The notes under the pieces were generated by a model that was not told the DNA's origin, searched no databases, and saw only the letters and a program-made list of their open reading frames with translations. A DNA stretch of 64,000 nucleotides from Methanotrichaceae archaeon (lineage in GTDB: Archaea > Halobacteriota > Methanosarcinia > Methanotrichales > Methanotrichaceae). The stretch spans positions 96,001-160,000 of the forward strand of contig CAWDLW010000012.1 in the NCBI GenBank assembly GCA_963803145.1. The letters are read 5' to 3'. This document shows, in pieces, positions 20,217 to 31,169 of this stretch. How positions within the stretch are numbered: the first letter of the stretch is position 1; every line of letters begins with the position of its first letter. Made by a program: the position numbers and the translations under genes.

Positions 20217-21311
20217 TAACTATAGTTAATCTCCTAGCTTTTTGCACTAAGAAATCGCTCCACCCAGGACTTTGAATATCCATCCTTTTTGGAATAAAAT
20301 ATTTCTAAAGCGCAATCTTGGCTAGCTATAATAGCTTCATCGAAATCAGTGTATTTGGCGATCTCTCTTTTGAAATCCTTCCAACCGAATTCTATAGGAT
20401 TCAAATCTGGTGAATAGGGGATATTATAAATTAAGTGAATATCGATTTCCTCAGCTAGTTTTCTAAATTTCTTGGCCAAATGAATTCTAGCATTATCTAA
20501 AAGTATACAAATTGGCCTCATAATATTATTATTTCTTATATTTTGAGCAAATGCCATCAACGCTTCCTTCTTAGAGGAGTTGGAAACCATAACCTCATCA
20601 TTGCCATTTAATGCTATAAATCCAAAAATAGTTCTTGATCTAACCTTTCCAGGTTTATAATTTATTAAATGAGTGTTTAAGACTCTACGTGTATTAGGGC
20701 GCTGTTGTAAAGAGCTTTCATCAAGAAATCCTATAACAGGATCAGTAACAGTGGTCAGCACTGATTTTATCCTTTTTTAAAAAACTTTCTGCATCTGCAG
20801 GCCTCTTTTCATTTCTGATGTATGGTTTCCCATACTTAACTTTTTTCACTACTCTTAAAATTCGCCAGCCATATTTATATGAAAAATCTATACCTCTTGT
20901 ATCCCTTACATATTTTAATACGTCTTTTATCGTCATTCCTTTGTCTTCAATTTCTTTAATAACTCTATCCCATTCATCAAGAGACATCTTTGGCTTTTTG
21001 CCATTTCTATTCTTTGGTGTCAATCCATTATAGCCTTGATTATTCCATCTGCTTAACCAATATTTTATTGTCCTCTCGCCCCTTTTTAAAATATCAGCTA
21101 CCTCATATACGTTTTTCCCTTCATATAAATGTATTATTGCCAATAACCGTTCCTTAATCCTTAGATCAGTCTCTTTTTTATATAATTTATCAAGGTCTAT
21201 CTTTGATATATGCCTAATTATTATAGGTTTTCTACCCATGCCTATGTATTTTCACGCATTAATTATTAAATGTATCTATAGGGCAATAAGCTCAATGATT
21301 AACTATAATTT
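20217..21311 (-). mobile_element. IS630-family element, AT-rich (ends approximate)
   Basis: Terminal inverted TATAGTTAATC / GATTAACTATA; two overlapping ORFs. Confidence 0.85.
20234..21239 (-). CDS. IS630 transposase split in two frames (HTH ORF 20742-21239; DDE ORF 20234-20761), probable programmed frameshift
   Basis: FLDES, LLDNARIH, PYSPDLNPIE; slippery T/A run at the ORF junction ~20772-20785. Confidence 0.88.
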
Positions 21312-21319
21312 AATATTAC

Positions 21320-21661
21320 TTATCGTGATCGAAATCTCATTTTAATGTTGGAAGTACGTCGTTTCGAAGTTTTCTCGTGGCTATCGTGTTTAATAACGTC
21401 CTTATGTTCATCGTCCTTATGAGCATCCCCATAGGCATCCTTATGAGCAGCATAATTGATCCGGCTGACCTCACTCCAAATATGGTCCAATTTTTCAGTT
21501 GGGAGATTATCGACTAGAACTGGGCAGGCTGTTCTAGTCCCATTTTTCCAGCTACAAAATCTTGCTCGTCTTAACAGTGTCATTGTATAGCGAAATGGCA
21601 CGACTATATTTAAACTCTGGCAGCGCAGAGCGAAACTAATCGTATTCGGCTTCTTCTCCAA
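21320..21661 (-). CDS. Hypothetical protein
   Basis: ORF only; no recognised motif. Confidence 0.25.
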   Translation of the reverse strand: MEKKPNTISFALRCQSLNIVVPFRYTMTLLRRARFCSWKNGTRTACPVLVDNLPTEKLDHIWSEVSRINYAAHKDAYGDAHKDDEHKDVIKHDSHEKTSKRRTSNIKMRFRSR

Positions 21662-21675
21662 TGATCTATCTCTGG

Positions 21676-22764
21676 CTAGATCGCCGAGCTTGGCAAGAAG
21701 AAAAACGCAAATCCCAAAATACCATAAACCACAAGCAGCATTGCCCCCTCCAGCCAGTTGGACTCGCCGTCCAGCGATACTAGGGCTGATATGAATGCGG
21801 CTGCAGTCAGCGCTATTAACTCTAAGTTGTTAAACTCCAGAGTCAAAGGATTGCCCATTAATACAGAGATGAATACAATCAAAGGTGTAACAAAAAGGGC
21901 GATCTGCAGGCTAGAGCCAAGTGCTACAGACAGGCTCAAATCCATTTGGTTCCGTCTGGCCGCTTGCACAGAGACCAGATGCTCAGAAACATTGCCGATG
22001 ATAGGAACGATGATGATTCCTATAAAGAACTTAGTCAAGCCTAGTGTTTCCGTAGCCACTTCAACCGATCCTATCAGAAGCTCGCTCATTACGGCAATGC
22101 CGATTGTAGTGAGCGCCATCAGGGTAATTGCCTGCCGCAGGTTCAATGGCGATCCGATAAGCTCTGCATCATTGGCGCTGGTGCCTATTTCAGATTCTTT
22201 ATCTCCATGAGACCTCAGAGTATAGATGATTGAAAGAAGATAAAGGACCAGAATTGCTCCTGCAGTTGTCAGGCTAAGTTCTTCGACTCCGAGACGGTTG
22301 GGTTCGATATAATGGCTGAAAAGCGATGGCACGCTGATAGCGATTACTACCAGAATTGTCATAGTAGAATCGATGCTTGCAGTGCGACGCTCAAATCTTT
22401 GTATGCCGTTTTTTATGCCCCCTAAAAACATGCTGAAACCAAGGACAAACAGCAGGTTTCCTAGGATTGAGCCGACAATAGATGCTCTGGCCAGCTCAAT
22501 CTCAGTCGCACTGATGGCAACGAGCGTTATGATCAACTCAGTTGCGTTTCCCAAGCTTGCATTCAATAGCCCTCCCATACGTGGGCCAGTCTTTTTGGCC
22601 AGATCATTGGTCGCCTCACCAAGGATGCCAGCCATCGGAATGATCGCCAAGGCAGATGTTGTAAAGATTATGAGGTCACTCCATTGCGCAAGCTTAGCAA
22701 ATAGTGCAATTGGGAAAAAAATCAACAGTACTCGAATCCCGAGCATCTCTTTATCCTTTATCAT
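21676..22764 (-). CDS. Ca2+/H+ antiporter (CAX/ChaA family)
   Basis: LNASLGNATE and IIGNVSEH alpha repeats; DGESNWLEG. Confidence 0.92.
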   Translation of the reverse strand: MIKDKEMLGIRVLLIFFPIALFAKLAQWSDLIIFTTSALAIIPMAGILGEATNDLAKKTGPRMGGLLNASLGNATELIITLVAISATEIELARASIVGSILGNLLFVLGFSMFLGGIKNGIQRFERRTASIDSTMTILVVIAISVPSLFSHYIEPNRLGVEELSLTTAGAILVLYLLSIIYTLRSHGDKESEIGTSANDAELIGSPLNLRQAITLMALTTIGIAVMSELLIGSVEVATETLGLTKFFIGIIIVPIIGNVSEHLVSVQAARRNQMDLSLSVALGSSLQIALFVTPLIVFISVLMGNPLTLEFNNLELIALTAAAFISALVSLDGESNWLEGAMLLVVYGILGFAFFFLPSSAI

Positions 22765-23401
22765 TCTCTTATCAGTCTTATGTGCTCTTTACCAGTTTTA
22801 TTATCGTTTGTTGTACAAGTAACTAATCGTTGAATGAAGCATTATAATTAGAATCAATAAATTAATAAATCACATGGAACTTACTGAATATGGAACCCAG
22901 GGAAATCGTACTTCGCACTTATTATCCCTTTTCGCACCAATATCGTTCAGATCTTTAGTGCTCCATATTCTTGTTATGGCTATTTTACCTATTTGTCCAT
23001 CAGCAGTTCAACTTGCCATTAATGATTCACTCATCCCAATGATCTCAGTGGCTATATGAGGCTACATATTCTAAAATTATGGTAAAATTGGAATATATTG
23101 AAGAACTGGTCTAAGCTGCATTATCAAATGAGAAGTTATGCCACGTAAGGATCGCTCTATGCTTTGCGTTTTTAGGAATATTTATCGAGTGAAAAGATTT
23201 ATTTCAATAGTTAAAAAACCCTAATTGTATAAAAGCAAAAGGATATATATATCACCGAGATAGTAATCAAAACTATTGGTTTAGGAGGATAATATTAGCA
23301 GGCAGTCTTTGTTTGATTCTGCTTGATGAGTTATGGCAATGTATTGCATCGAGATCTTCCCGCTGGCTAGGACATCCACCTAGCCTCCTTTGGTGAGCAT
23401 T

Positions 23402-24052
23402 ATGAAGCGCATTATAATATCTTTCGTTGCATTTGTATTCCTAATGAGCCTAATACCGGCACACGGAGATACGAATATCCTTGAAGAGTACAAAGATCAG
23501 AATTGGCAGCCTTTTATGTCCCATATGTCGGGAGTCTCGGGACCCGGCCTCGTCGTATCAGACTTACCGATTTGCGAGAATCAAACGTTCCTGAAATCTG
23601 TACAGAATGTCTTGAATGAGTATATGTATGAAAAGAAGTACAAAATGGGCGATTTTGATTGCACTAACAGCTCTCAGATCACCTGGTATATACTAAGGCA
23701 GAACGGCTTTGATGCTAGGCTGATATACAGCAACGAGATCGCTATAGGCCGCAAGGATAAAAATGCCAAGGATTTCTCAGGCCATGTCTGGGTTATTGTC
23801 CCTGAGAAAAAATATAACGGCGAGAGTTATGAACAATATGTATACCACGATAGCGGTGGATGGATACCCGTAGAATCACTCGATAACTACTCCAAGCATC
23901 TGGGCCAAGCATACGAGTCAGCACAATCGATCGGATGGTATACACCAAATGATGGCTGGCTCTTCAATAACTCTTCGGAGTACAGTTTGCTGACTGGGGA
24001 CTATAATGAGCTTGGCAATAAGGATTTGCCGATAACAAAGAAGGCAACGTAA
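23402..24052 (+). CDS. Secreted protein with putative transglutaminase/papain-like catalytic residues
   Basis: Signal peptide; FDCTN, GHVWV, WIPVE. Confidence 0.55.
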   Translation: MKRIIISFVAFVFLMSLIPAHGDTNILEEYKDQNWQPFMSHMSGVSGPGLVVSDLPICENQTFLKSVQNVLNEYMYEKKYKMGDFDCTNSSQITWYILRQNGFDARLIYSNEIAIGRKDKNAKDFSGHVWVIVPEKKYNGESYEQYVYHDSGGWIPVESLDNYSKHLGQAYESAQSIGWYTPNDGWLFNNSSEYSLLTGDYNELGNKDLPITKKAT

Positions 24053-24284
24053 GGTCGATGGTCAGGTAATCTATGCCTGCTATTAAAGCAGGTTCCTATT
24101 GACCTTTTCGTCTACGAGATAAAATCTAGGGTCTTTGCCTAAAGAGTTATTTTCGATAATGATTACTTTGAGCTACCTGCAATAAGCTGCTTGATGCTCG
24201 AGGATCTGGGATCTGCCGTCTCGCTCTCAATGCTTTTGTAGCTAATGAAGAGTCCCTTGATACTCTATCTTGATATCCAATACC

Positions 24285-24400
24285 TATACTTTCGCCAGAG
24301 TTTATATACCTATATGCAATCAAGCCATTAGCGAAAGCAACCCTCTAAAACGGGGCATAATAGCATAATATTTATCTCAAAGAGACCCTTAAAGGGGGCT
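24285..24400 (+). promoter_or_regulatory. CRISPR leader with TATA box
   Basis: Non-coding, AT-rich, TTTATATA at ~24301, adjacent to the first perfect repeat. Confidence 0.75.
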
Positions 24401-25805
24401 ATCGCAAAGCTGATCCCGATGAAAAGGGAACTGAAAGTCTGGCTTAGCCCCCTCAATAGTTACTATGATGCGTTTAATCGCAAAGCTGATCCCGATGAAA
24501 AGGGAACTGAAAGGAAAGTATATGAATATCCCGGTAGATCCATGCTTGCTTGTGAGAGATCGCAAAGCTGATCCCGATGAAAAGGGAACTGAAAGTCTAT
24601 CTGTTCAGGATCATAGATCTCTGATGATTGTTATCGCAAAGCTGATCCCGATGAAAAGGGAACTGAAAGCAAAATTAGACATGGTCATACAGAGAATCAG
24701 AGACGCAGATCGCAAAGCTGATCCCGATGAAAAGGGAACTGAAAGCAGTTCCGGAACTGCTTATACATATCGAATCTTTAGAGAATCGCAAAGCTGATCC
24801 CGATGAAAAGGGAACTGAAAGCTATTAGTCGCCCTATCTCAGCGTCCCTGGCCTCTGCAATCGCAAAGCTGATCCCGATGAAAAGGGAACTGAAAGATAT
24901 CGCAGCTATCAGAGTCGTCCTGGAGAGTTAATCATGGATCGCAAAGCTGATCCCGATGAAAAGGGAACTGAAAGCTCCCTATCCGAGAACTTAGCCTGGC
25001 AGGGAGGGCTATATCGCAAAGCTGATCCCGATGAAAAGGGAACTGAAAGTGTTGATGATCTGCCTTTGTATGACGGGCTTAGAGTCTTTGAATCGCAAAG
25101 CTGATCCCGATGAAAAGGGAACTGAAAGTTAAGAACTCCTCCGCATTCGAATGGACTGAAGGAAATATCGCAAAGCTGATCCCGATGAAAAGGGAACTGA
25201 AAGCCCTTTGTGATATCTCTTACCAGGACTTGGAAAAAGCATCGCAAAGCTGATCCCGATGAAAAGGGAACTGAAAGATGGGTCCAGAGACATTTACCAA
25301 CTCCCGCAGGAGTAAGATCGCAAAGCTGATCCCGATGAAAAGGGAACTGAAAGTGCTATCTTTCTCTTCTCTAGCGAAAATATTCAAGCCCATGATCGCA
25401 AAGCTGATCCCGATGAAAAGGGAACTGAAAGAGGAAGCCTCGGCAAGCGGAAAGGCCATAGGAGACGGCATCGCAAAGCTGATCCCGATGAAAAGGGAAC
25501 TGAAAGCATGGCTTGGTATGCTTCCTCAATAGTTTCCATCTTATCGCAAAGCTGATCCCGATGAAAAGGGAACTGAAAGTGTTTGACGTTGCGCCGTTCG
25601 GAGCTGATACTTCGACTATCGCAAAGCTGATCCCGATGAAAAGGGAACTGAAAGATGAACATGTTAGGCAGGGACAATTCGAATAGATGGTATATCGCAA
25701 AGCTGATCCCGATGAAAAGGGAACTGAAAGAGCCGATGAATGTCGCCGTCAGCGCCGTGCCCACGACAATCGCAAGACCGATCCCGTTGAAAAGGGAATT
25801 TATAA
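24401..25805 (+). CRISPR. CRISPR array: 18 perfect 37-bp repeats ATCGCAAAGCTGATCCCGATGAAAAGGGAACTGAAAG plus 1 degenerate terminal repeat; 18 spacers of 36-45 bp
   Basis: Repeats counted from 24401 to 25694; degenerate copy at 25769; 3' GAAAG end and leader give orientation. Confidence 0.98.
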
Positions 25806-25809
25806 TAAT

Positions 25810-26751
25810 TCAACGGCAGTGCTCCCTATATCTACAGTTCCCTGGAGTCTGGCAAATGCCAGGGTCCTTCTCATAGAATATCATGTCCTGTTTCTCATCT
25901 CGTTCCTCAATAAACCATTGGCGAACCTCATCGCTGATTATGAAGAAATCCCTCTCGATGTGTGGCGTTGGATGGTTCTTGGGGAAGCTTAGGTAAACAG
26001 TACAGCCAATATTTATCGGCACCTCGTACAGGCTTTCGTAAACCAGAGCGTATCCTGTGGCCGAAAGCCTATGGAAATCCCTTTTAGGGCCAGTCTTGAG
26101 GTCGCAGATGAGCATGCCACCCATATTTATGGCATCGGCGCTCAAATTGCTGCTCAGGCCGAGGTACTGGCCATCAAGCTTGTGCTCAACTACGAAAGGC
26201 AGAGCATGATTAATCAGAGAGTCCTCGCTAAGGTACCTGTATTTTCCCAGATAAGCGTAAATTGCAGAAACTATCCTGCTTACCTCGAATGTCCAGAGCT
26301 TCTTTAGGTTCACTCCGACCTCTTTAGCGTCATCGCCGGAACCTCTGGCAGAAGCTATTTGCTCTTCGGCTTCAAGAATTGCTTCAGGTAATCGCTCCAT
26401 CAGTATCTGAGCCAGATCAGTACAGACGTCCATGCCCTGTGTATAGATCAGCCTCTTGGCGGTAGGGTAAAGCTCAGCCATGGCTTCATGGTATATCCGA
26501 CCTGCAACCATCTCTTCACTGGCAGGCTGGCTGATCTTCTGCACATGTCTCAGGAATGTATCGCGGCCAGTTTCGCAGTATCTATCTGAGATCTCCCAGA
26601 CGGGCAGCAGGATATCGTGAGGCGGCGAAAGCTCAGTCGAATTCCAGTTCCATCCCCGAAGTTCCTCAGCTATTCCTTTCTCCCGCGCTTTAGGTATGAG
26701 CTTCTTCAGAAGGTATTTGCGCTCTTCCTCGGAAAAGAAATACATGGGCAT
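25810..26751 (-). CDS. csa1: Type I-A Cas4-like protein Csa1
   Basis: EELRGWNW, YCETGRD, LGLSSNLSAD, DLKTG, GYALVYES. Confidence 0.88.
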   Translation of the reverse strand: MPMYFFSEEERKYLLKKLIPKAREKGIAEELRGWNWNSTELSPPHDILLPVWEISDRYCETGRDTFLRHVQKISQPASEEMVAGRIYHEAMAELYPTAKRLIYTQGMDVCTDLAQILMERLPEAILEAEEQIASARGSGDDAKEVGVNLKKLWTFEVSRIVSAIYAYLGKYRYLSEDSLINHALPFVVEHKLDGQYLGLSSNLSADAINMGGMLICDLKTGPKRDFHRLSATGYALVYESLYEVPINIGCTVYLSFPKNHPTPHIERDFFIISDEVRQWFIEERDEKQDMIFYEKDPGICQTPGNCRYREHCR

Positions 26752-26799
26752 CCCTCTAGCGGGAGAACGCCGTTAAAATAGATAAATTGAGATGGTACG

Positions 26800-26888
26800 A
26801 TTTTGCCTGGATAAGGCCCTGTAAACCCAAGTTTCTTCAATCGCCTGATAAGCTCCCGTCTTGATATGGGAAGGAGTTTAGTCTGCAA
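26800..26888 (-). pseudogene. hicA: Truncated hicA
   Basis: ISRRELIRRLKKLGFTGPYPG; similarity ends before the catalytic His. Confidence 0.75.
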
Positions 26889-27132
26889 TAGCTATTGGCT
26901 CCTTTGAGGATTCTATGGTATGGCCACCTATGGGCGGAATCGGATATCCCCATTGAAGCCGAGCTACTATCCATTCCTCGATAACCTCAATGAGATCTCT
27001 CCTGCATTCTTCAAGGGTATCACCAACAGCAATAACACCCTGTAGCCCTGGCACTATAGCCACATAAGAATCATCCTCAAGCGTGTCATATTTAGCACGC
27101 TCCAAGGCTGCTTGGATGTACTCGGAGAACAT
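26878..27132 (-). CDS. hicB: HicB-family antitoxin
   Basis: MFSEYIQAALERAKY...VPGLQGV; paralog of 1093 and 3169. Confidence 0.88.
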   Translation of the reverse strand: MFSEYIQAALERAKYDTLEDDSYVAIVPGLQGVIAVGDTLEECRRDLIEVIEEWIVARLQWGYPIPPIGGHTIESSKEPIAIAD

Positions 27133-27193
27133 ATCGTGATCAATTAAAGCCTTAAAAGGATTTAATACTTGCTGAAGTGAAGAACTATCTCGC

Positions 27194-27793
27194 TCAAACA
27201 AGGGCGCATTCACAATATCGTCTGTATTCACAATCCGTACATCTTCCTGGGTTTCTAGTTCCTAATGGTTCTGTCTCTTCCTGCACAATTCCACCTATTT
27301 CATGGATCATCTTCAGCGTGCGTCTACGTATTTCATCTGTGAAATCGATTCTGGCATTGATCTTGTCGCGACTGTAATGGACGTAGCCCCTCCGAACAAT
27401 GGTCCTGAAACAATCCTCCACCAATAGCGCATAAGCAGCAAGCTGGTACTTATGGTTCAAATGGACATTTCCAGCATTTGATAGGCCAAACTTGTAATCC
27501 ACAGGGACGTATTCTCGTTCAGTTTTTATCAGGTAGTCAAGGATGCCTTTAAGGCCCAGGGCGTTACTTTCAAGAGCAACGCGAAAAAGCTTCTCTGCTT
27601 GGTCGAGTTCAGAATCATAGAATATCGCTCCCTTTCTGCGGCGTTCCTTGGCTGTGATATCATCATGCTTCTCCTTGCCTGTCTCAAGCTTTTGGTCGGG
27701 TGGCTTGGGAACATGGAGCACATGGTCGAAGTAGATTATCTTGGGGCAGTAGAGATATTGCTTAACATCGCTGACTGTGATCATGCCCTTCAA
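27194..27793 (-). CDS. cas4: Cas4
   Basis: YCP, PVDYK, QLAAYA, CTDCEYRRYC. Confidence 0.95.
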   Translation of the reverse strand: MKGMITVSDVKQYLYCPKIIYFDHVLHVPKPPDQKLETGKEKHDDITAKERRRKGAIFYDSELDQAEKLFRVALESNALGLKGILDYLIKTEREYVPVDYKFGLSNAGNVHLNHKYQLAAYALLVEDCFRTIVRRGYVHYSRDKINARIDFTDEIRRRTLKMIHEIGGIVQEETEPLGTRNPGRCTDCEYRRYCECALV

Positions 27794-28068
27794 TACACCA
27801 CCACATCCTCATCCTTAATTTCATAAATCTCGCCGATGCTGTCTTTCATGGAGAAGCATTTGGTGCATAAGGGATAGAACTGGATGTTTCCCTCTTTGTT
27901 ATGCATCATTTTCTCAAGCCTGAGCTTCAATTTCTCTCGCATATTATGATTCATGAAGCCGTAGAAGGCGCTCTTCTGGATTCTTATGCAGCCATAGCCA
28001 AGTAAGGTTTTGGCTATTCTGGTTCTCAGGCCGTTATCGGTTATATCGTAGATGATAATTGTATCCAC
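27790..28068 (-). CDS. cas2: Cas2
   Basis: IIYDITD..LR, RIQKSAF. Confidence 0.95.
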   Translation of the reverse strand: MDTIIIYDITDNGLRTRIAKTLLGYGCIRIQKSAFYGFMNHNMREKLKLRLEKMMHNKEGNIQFYPLCTKCFSMKDSIGEIYEIKDEDVVVY

Positions 28069-28118
28069 AGATTCACCTATCCGCAGATTTACTTATCCGC
28101 AAATTCACCTTTTGGAGA

Positions 28119-29132
28119 TCACCATCTCGGCGTGAATGGCTCGTAAGCTGTTCTCTCACCCCTCAGGAATGTAGCCACTGCCGATGCCTGGGAACGAATG
28201 ATATTTCTGATAAGCTGGCTCTTCTCTCTGTAAGTTATGCGTTCGTCCAGGCGGCCGTAGAATGCAGATGATGCTATTTTCATTCCCTCCTTGGTCATAC
28301 GGCAGTCCTCCTGGAAGTGGCCAGGCTTCATCTCACGGGCCAGTGACACGACCACTCTATCCACCACGATGGGCCTGAACTCCTCCATCATATCATAGAC
28401 CAGCTTCTCCTGGCCGGGTCGATCGGCGTGGAGAAATCCGGCATAAGGATCAAGCCCAGCATAAAGCGTGGCTGCCCAGACCTCCTGCTCCAGGACATAG
28501 TAGCCGAAATTGAGGAGCGAGTTGATTGGGTCCTTTGCAGCCGGATAGTCGCGGCCTGGAAAGGTCCATTCATCCGGTATTAGCTTATGCCAGGTGCGCC
28601 AATAGGTTTCGGCGCCCATGCCCTCCACGCCCATTATCCTCTCGCGGCAGGACTCAAGATCTCCTTTGATCTTGTCAAGCTCAGGGATCATAGACTCAAT
28701 TGATTCTGCAGCAGTCCTGAACTCCTGCCATAGCTCTGTGCGCTCGCCCTTCCACTTCTTGGCAAAGCTTTTCAGGAGCGATGCCTGGTTCCTGAGCTTG
28801 CCATGGATGAACGACTTCGCAAGGTCGGGGCCGCGGTGATCATCATAGGCATGATACTGCTCACGCCTGGTCTTGACTGTGCCGCCAAGGCTGGCGGGAA
28901 TAAGACGGGCTAGGGGTTTACCATGGTAGTTGGCAAAGACGATCTCAACGCCAAGCTCATCTGCCATCTCTATGGCGTCCGAGGAGACGGAGATGCCGCT
29001 GCCGAGGACGAGGATCTGCTCCACCTTGCGGGCAGGGACGAGGGATTCAGGCCCCTCTTTCCGAGAGATGCGGAACTGCTCGCCTGACTTACCGAGGAAG
29101 CTGCCACGGTCGGTGAGGATAATGCGGGACAT
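28119..29132 (-). CDS. cas1: Cas1
   Basis: MGVEG, DPINSLLNFGY, GLDPYAGFLH, DMMEEFR; start placed at MSRII. Confidence 0.95.
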   Translation of the reverse strand: MSRIILTDRGSFLGKSGEQFRISRKEGPESLVPARKVEQILVLGSGISVSSDAIEMADELGVEIVFANYHGKPLARLIPASLGGTVKTRREQYHAYDDHRGPDLAKSFIHGKLRNQASLLKSFAKKWKGERTELWQEFRTAAESIESMIPELDKIKGDLESCRERIMGVEGMGAETYWRTWHKLIPDEWTFPGRDYPAAKDPINSLLNFGYYVLEQEVWAATLYAGLDPYAGFLHADRPGQEKLVYDMMEEFRPIVVDRVVVSLAREMKPGHFQEDCRMTKEGMKIASSAFYGRLDERITYREKSQLIRNIIRSQASAVATFLRGERTAYEPFTPRW

Positions 29133-29273
29133 AAGCGAGGCCTCAGGTCTAAAGTTACTATGCCAGTATTTTTTTATCGATGATATTTCTTTCGTACCCT
29201 TGGAAAAACTGATCTTGACGGTCTGAAGGATCAACTACTAATATAATTTCACGAAATCGATCTATGAGGAGAA

Positions 29274-29759
29274 ATGAACGACCGATTTGCTCGGGAATCT
29301 TTACAAAAGATCGAAACGAGTTTCTTTCAGACCCCCACATTTCAGGCACTGACTATCGGTATCCCTTTTTGCATCTTCAAGCTCCTTTTTGGAGCTTTAA
29401 GCATCAGGGCAGGCACAGATCCACAATCTCCTTTGGTTATTTTCGGCTTATTGATCATCCTCTGGGCATCTGCTGATCTAATAATGAACCTGGTTGTAGT
29501 AGCCTTCAATACTGCAGGCCGCAAATCGCCAATCGAGTTCTGCACAATCGCCCAAGTAGGACGCCTTTTCGGGAAATCAAAGCTGTTCCTGGCCATTGAT
29601 ACACTGATCGCCTTTTGCATCATCTGCTTCGTCCTCTGGTCAGGATGGATAAAGCTTCTCAATATCAATGAATCGTACATCTGGTATGCGGCCACCACAC
29701 TTAATCTCATAAGCATCTCCATTGTAAACATATGGTTGGAACTGAGGAGACGACCCTAG
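29274..29759 (+). CDS. Hypothetical membrane protein (~4 TM)
   Basis: Hydrophobic segments; GAGGAG RBS. Confidence 0.7.
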   Translation: MNDRFARESLQKIETSFFQTPTFQALTIGIPFCIFKLLFGALSIRAGTDPQSPLVIFGLLIILWASADLIMNLVVVAFNTAGRKSPIEFCTIAQVGRLFGKSKLFLAIDTLIAFCIICFVLWSGWIKLLNINESYIWYAATTLNLISISIVNIWLELRRRP

Positions 29760-29793
29760 ATCATACATCATTCAAGAAAGAGATAATTGGATA

Positions 29794-30009
29794 CTTCCCC
29801 CACACGGGTGAGGCATACCCTGATAGAGGTTTCCAAGAACCTTGAGTGTGACTTCGATTTAGCGCGGCAAATAAGAACAATATTCGCATTTGGAGCTGCT
29901 ATTATAATTCAAGGGCTTTATACTTCCTTTTGGGACTGCTACTAGCGGTTATACTAGCGCACTCAATCGCCGTGCGGGCTACCCCTAACCCCTCTTCGGG
30001 GGAAGGTTT
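29794..30009. repeat. Dispersed non-coding repeat/MITE-like element; inverted partner at 40376-40497
   Basis: 29884-30009 is the reverse-complement homolog of 40376-40497; CTTCCCCC...GGGGGAAG termini. Confidence 0.7.
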
Positions 30010-30191
30010 CCTGAGATATGGGCGACAAGGTTGATTGGGACATGATGAATGATTCCCTCCAGCTATGTTCCTTTACCCCAGCTAAAATCGTTCGTCTTTG
30101 TGCGTTCTTCGTGAACTTCGTGTTTTGGTGGTTGGTAGTTCGTCGTTTGTTTAATATCTGGACCAATTACTTTTCGCCACTAAGGCAGCCA

Positions 30192-30326
30192 TTATGTTTC
30201 ATTCCTGTATTGCGCGTCCTCAATCTCCTTCAGCTCTGCCATCTCGCTTCTTCTTATGTTATCTAAGATCGTAGTGATCTCATCGATGCTCTCGATTCTA
30301 CGTACGACTTCCTCTTTTGTGGTCAT
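30192..30326 (-). CDS. Small acidic helical protein (44 aa), not in ORF track
   Basis: MTTKEEVVRRIESIDEITTILDNIRRSEMAELKEIEDAQYRNET; GGAGG RBS. Confidence 0.55.
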   Translation of the reverse strand: MTTKEEVVRRIESIDEITTILDNIRRSEMAELKEIEDAQYRNET

Positions 30327-30585
30327 TTCAAGCCTCCCAATAATGGCGGTCGAGCCAACTGATCGATCTTGATCCCGACTTGATGCTCACCAGCGCACAG
30401 GTGTGTCTGCCTGGCGGGATTGTGGGATGTTGGGGAATTGCTGCTATCATTTTAATTCGCCTTAATACCGATGCGGGTCGATAGTATATATATTTTTGGT
30501 TATATTGGTAATATAGGTTATGATGGTGCTATGTATTTATATAATAAGCGAAATTGTTTATACTATGCTTACGACATGTGTTGAT

Positions 30586-30774
30586 ATGAAGCTGGGAGAA
30601 ATCGAGAACGTCGCGGAAAGGGAGACACTCATTGAACCGCTTTATAAGAGAATCGATAAGCATGGACGCATTTATATAGATGTGGGCCTCGCGAACCAAG
30701 AAGCACTTATCTTGGTAGTGAAGCCAATCCCGAAAGACAAAATAGACTTCATCCGCGTGGGAAGGAGATCTTAA
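30586..30774 (+). CDS. Small AbrB-fold/DUF2080-like DNA-binding protein
   Basis: KRIDKHGRIYI...GLANQEALILV. Confidence 0.55.
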   Translation: MKLGEIENVAERETLIEPLYKRIDKHGRIYIDVGLANQEALILVVKPIPKDKIDFIRVGRRS

Positions 30775-31068
30775 ATCTCCTTGGATAATAGTATTAATAA
30801 AAATAGTGTCTATAGTAATCTACCTAATTTATGTTGATGGAATAAGAGCTATAACATTCCTTGGCAGATCCTCTATTGTTTAGAGATAATTGGTCAAATC
30901 AACCGCCATGGCTGGAGATCTCTTTTGCCATTTCCGTTTGCCACTCAGTTTGCAGTGAAGCTATTGATCTCTTCCTCTATCTCATCTCTGTCGCTGATAT
31001 TAATAAAGCAATTCGAATTAGGGTCCGAAAAAGATTATAAATATCAAGATTAAGAGTGGTTATGTACA

Positions 31069-31169
31069 GGCTTAGGTGAATATCCCGCGCGAAGGGAACT
31101 GAAAGGTATTGTAATACAGCTTGGCAATGAGCATCGCAGAAGACATCCCGATGAAAAGGGAACTTGAAT
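31069..31169 (+). CRISPR. Solitary mini-array (degenerate repeat - 27-nt spacer - degenerate repeat), CreA/CreR-like RNA
   Basis: R1 ends AAGGGAACTGAAAG; R2 ATCGCAGAAGACATCCCGATGAAAAGGGAACTTGAAT; own TATA (ATTATAAATA ~31034) and T-rich terminator (~31186). Confidence 0.85.

Noticed and set aside
24596-24632. Spacer 3 resembles the chorismate mutase gene near 63028-63046 (self-targeting?)
   Set aside because: Only a ~19-nt patch with mismatches and unmatched ends; consistent with chance.
24465-25992. ORFs with repeated IAKLIPMKRELK / FQFPFHRDQLCD
   Set aside because: These are translations of the CRISPR repeats, not genes.
30100-30135. cttcgtgaacttcgtgttttggtggtt half-palindrome (similar short motifs at ~4517 and ~40609)
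   Set aside because: Short degenerate REP-like scraps without partner arms.
30503-30520. Partial mini-spacer match GTAATATAGGTT upstream of the AbrB-like gene
   Set aside because: Seed positions 1-5 do not align without a gap; no CCN flank.
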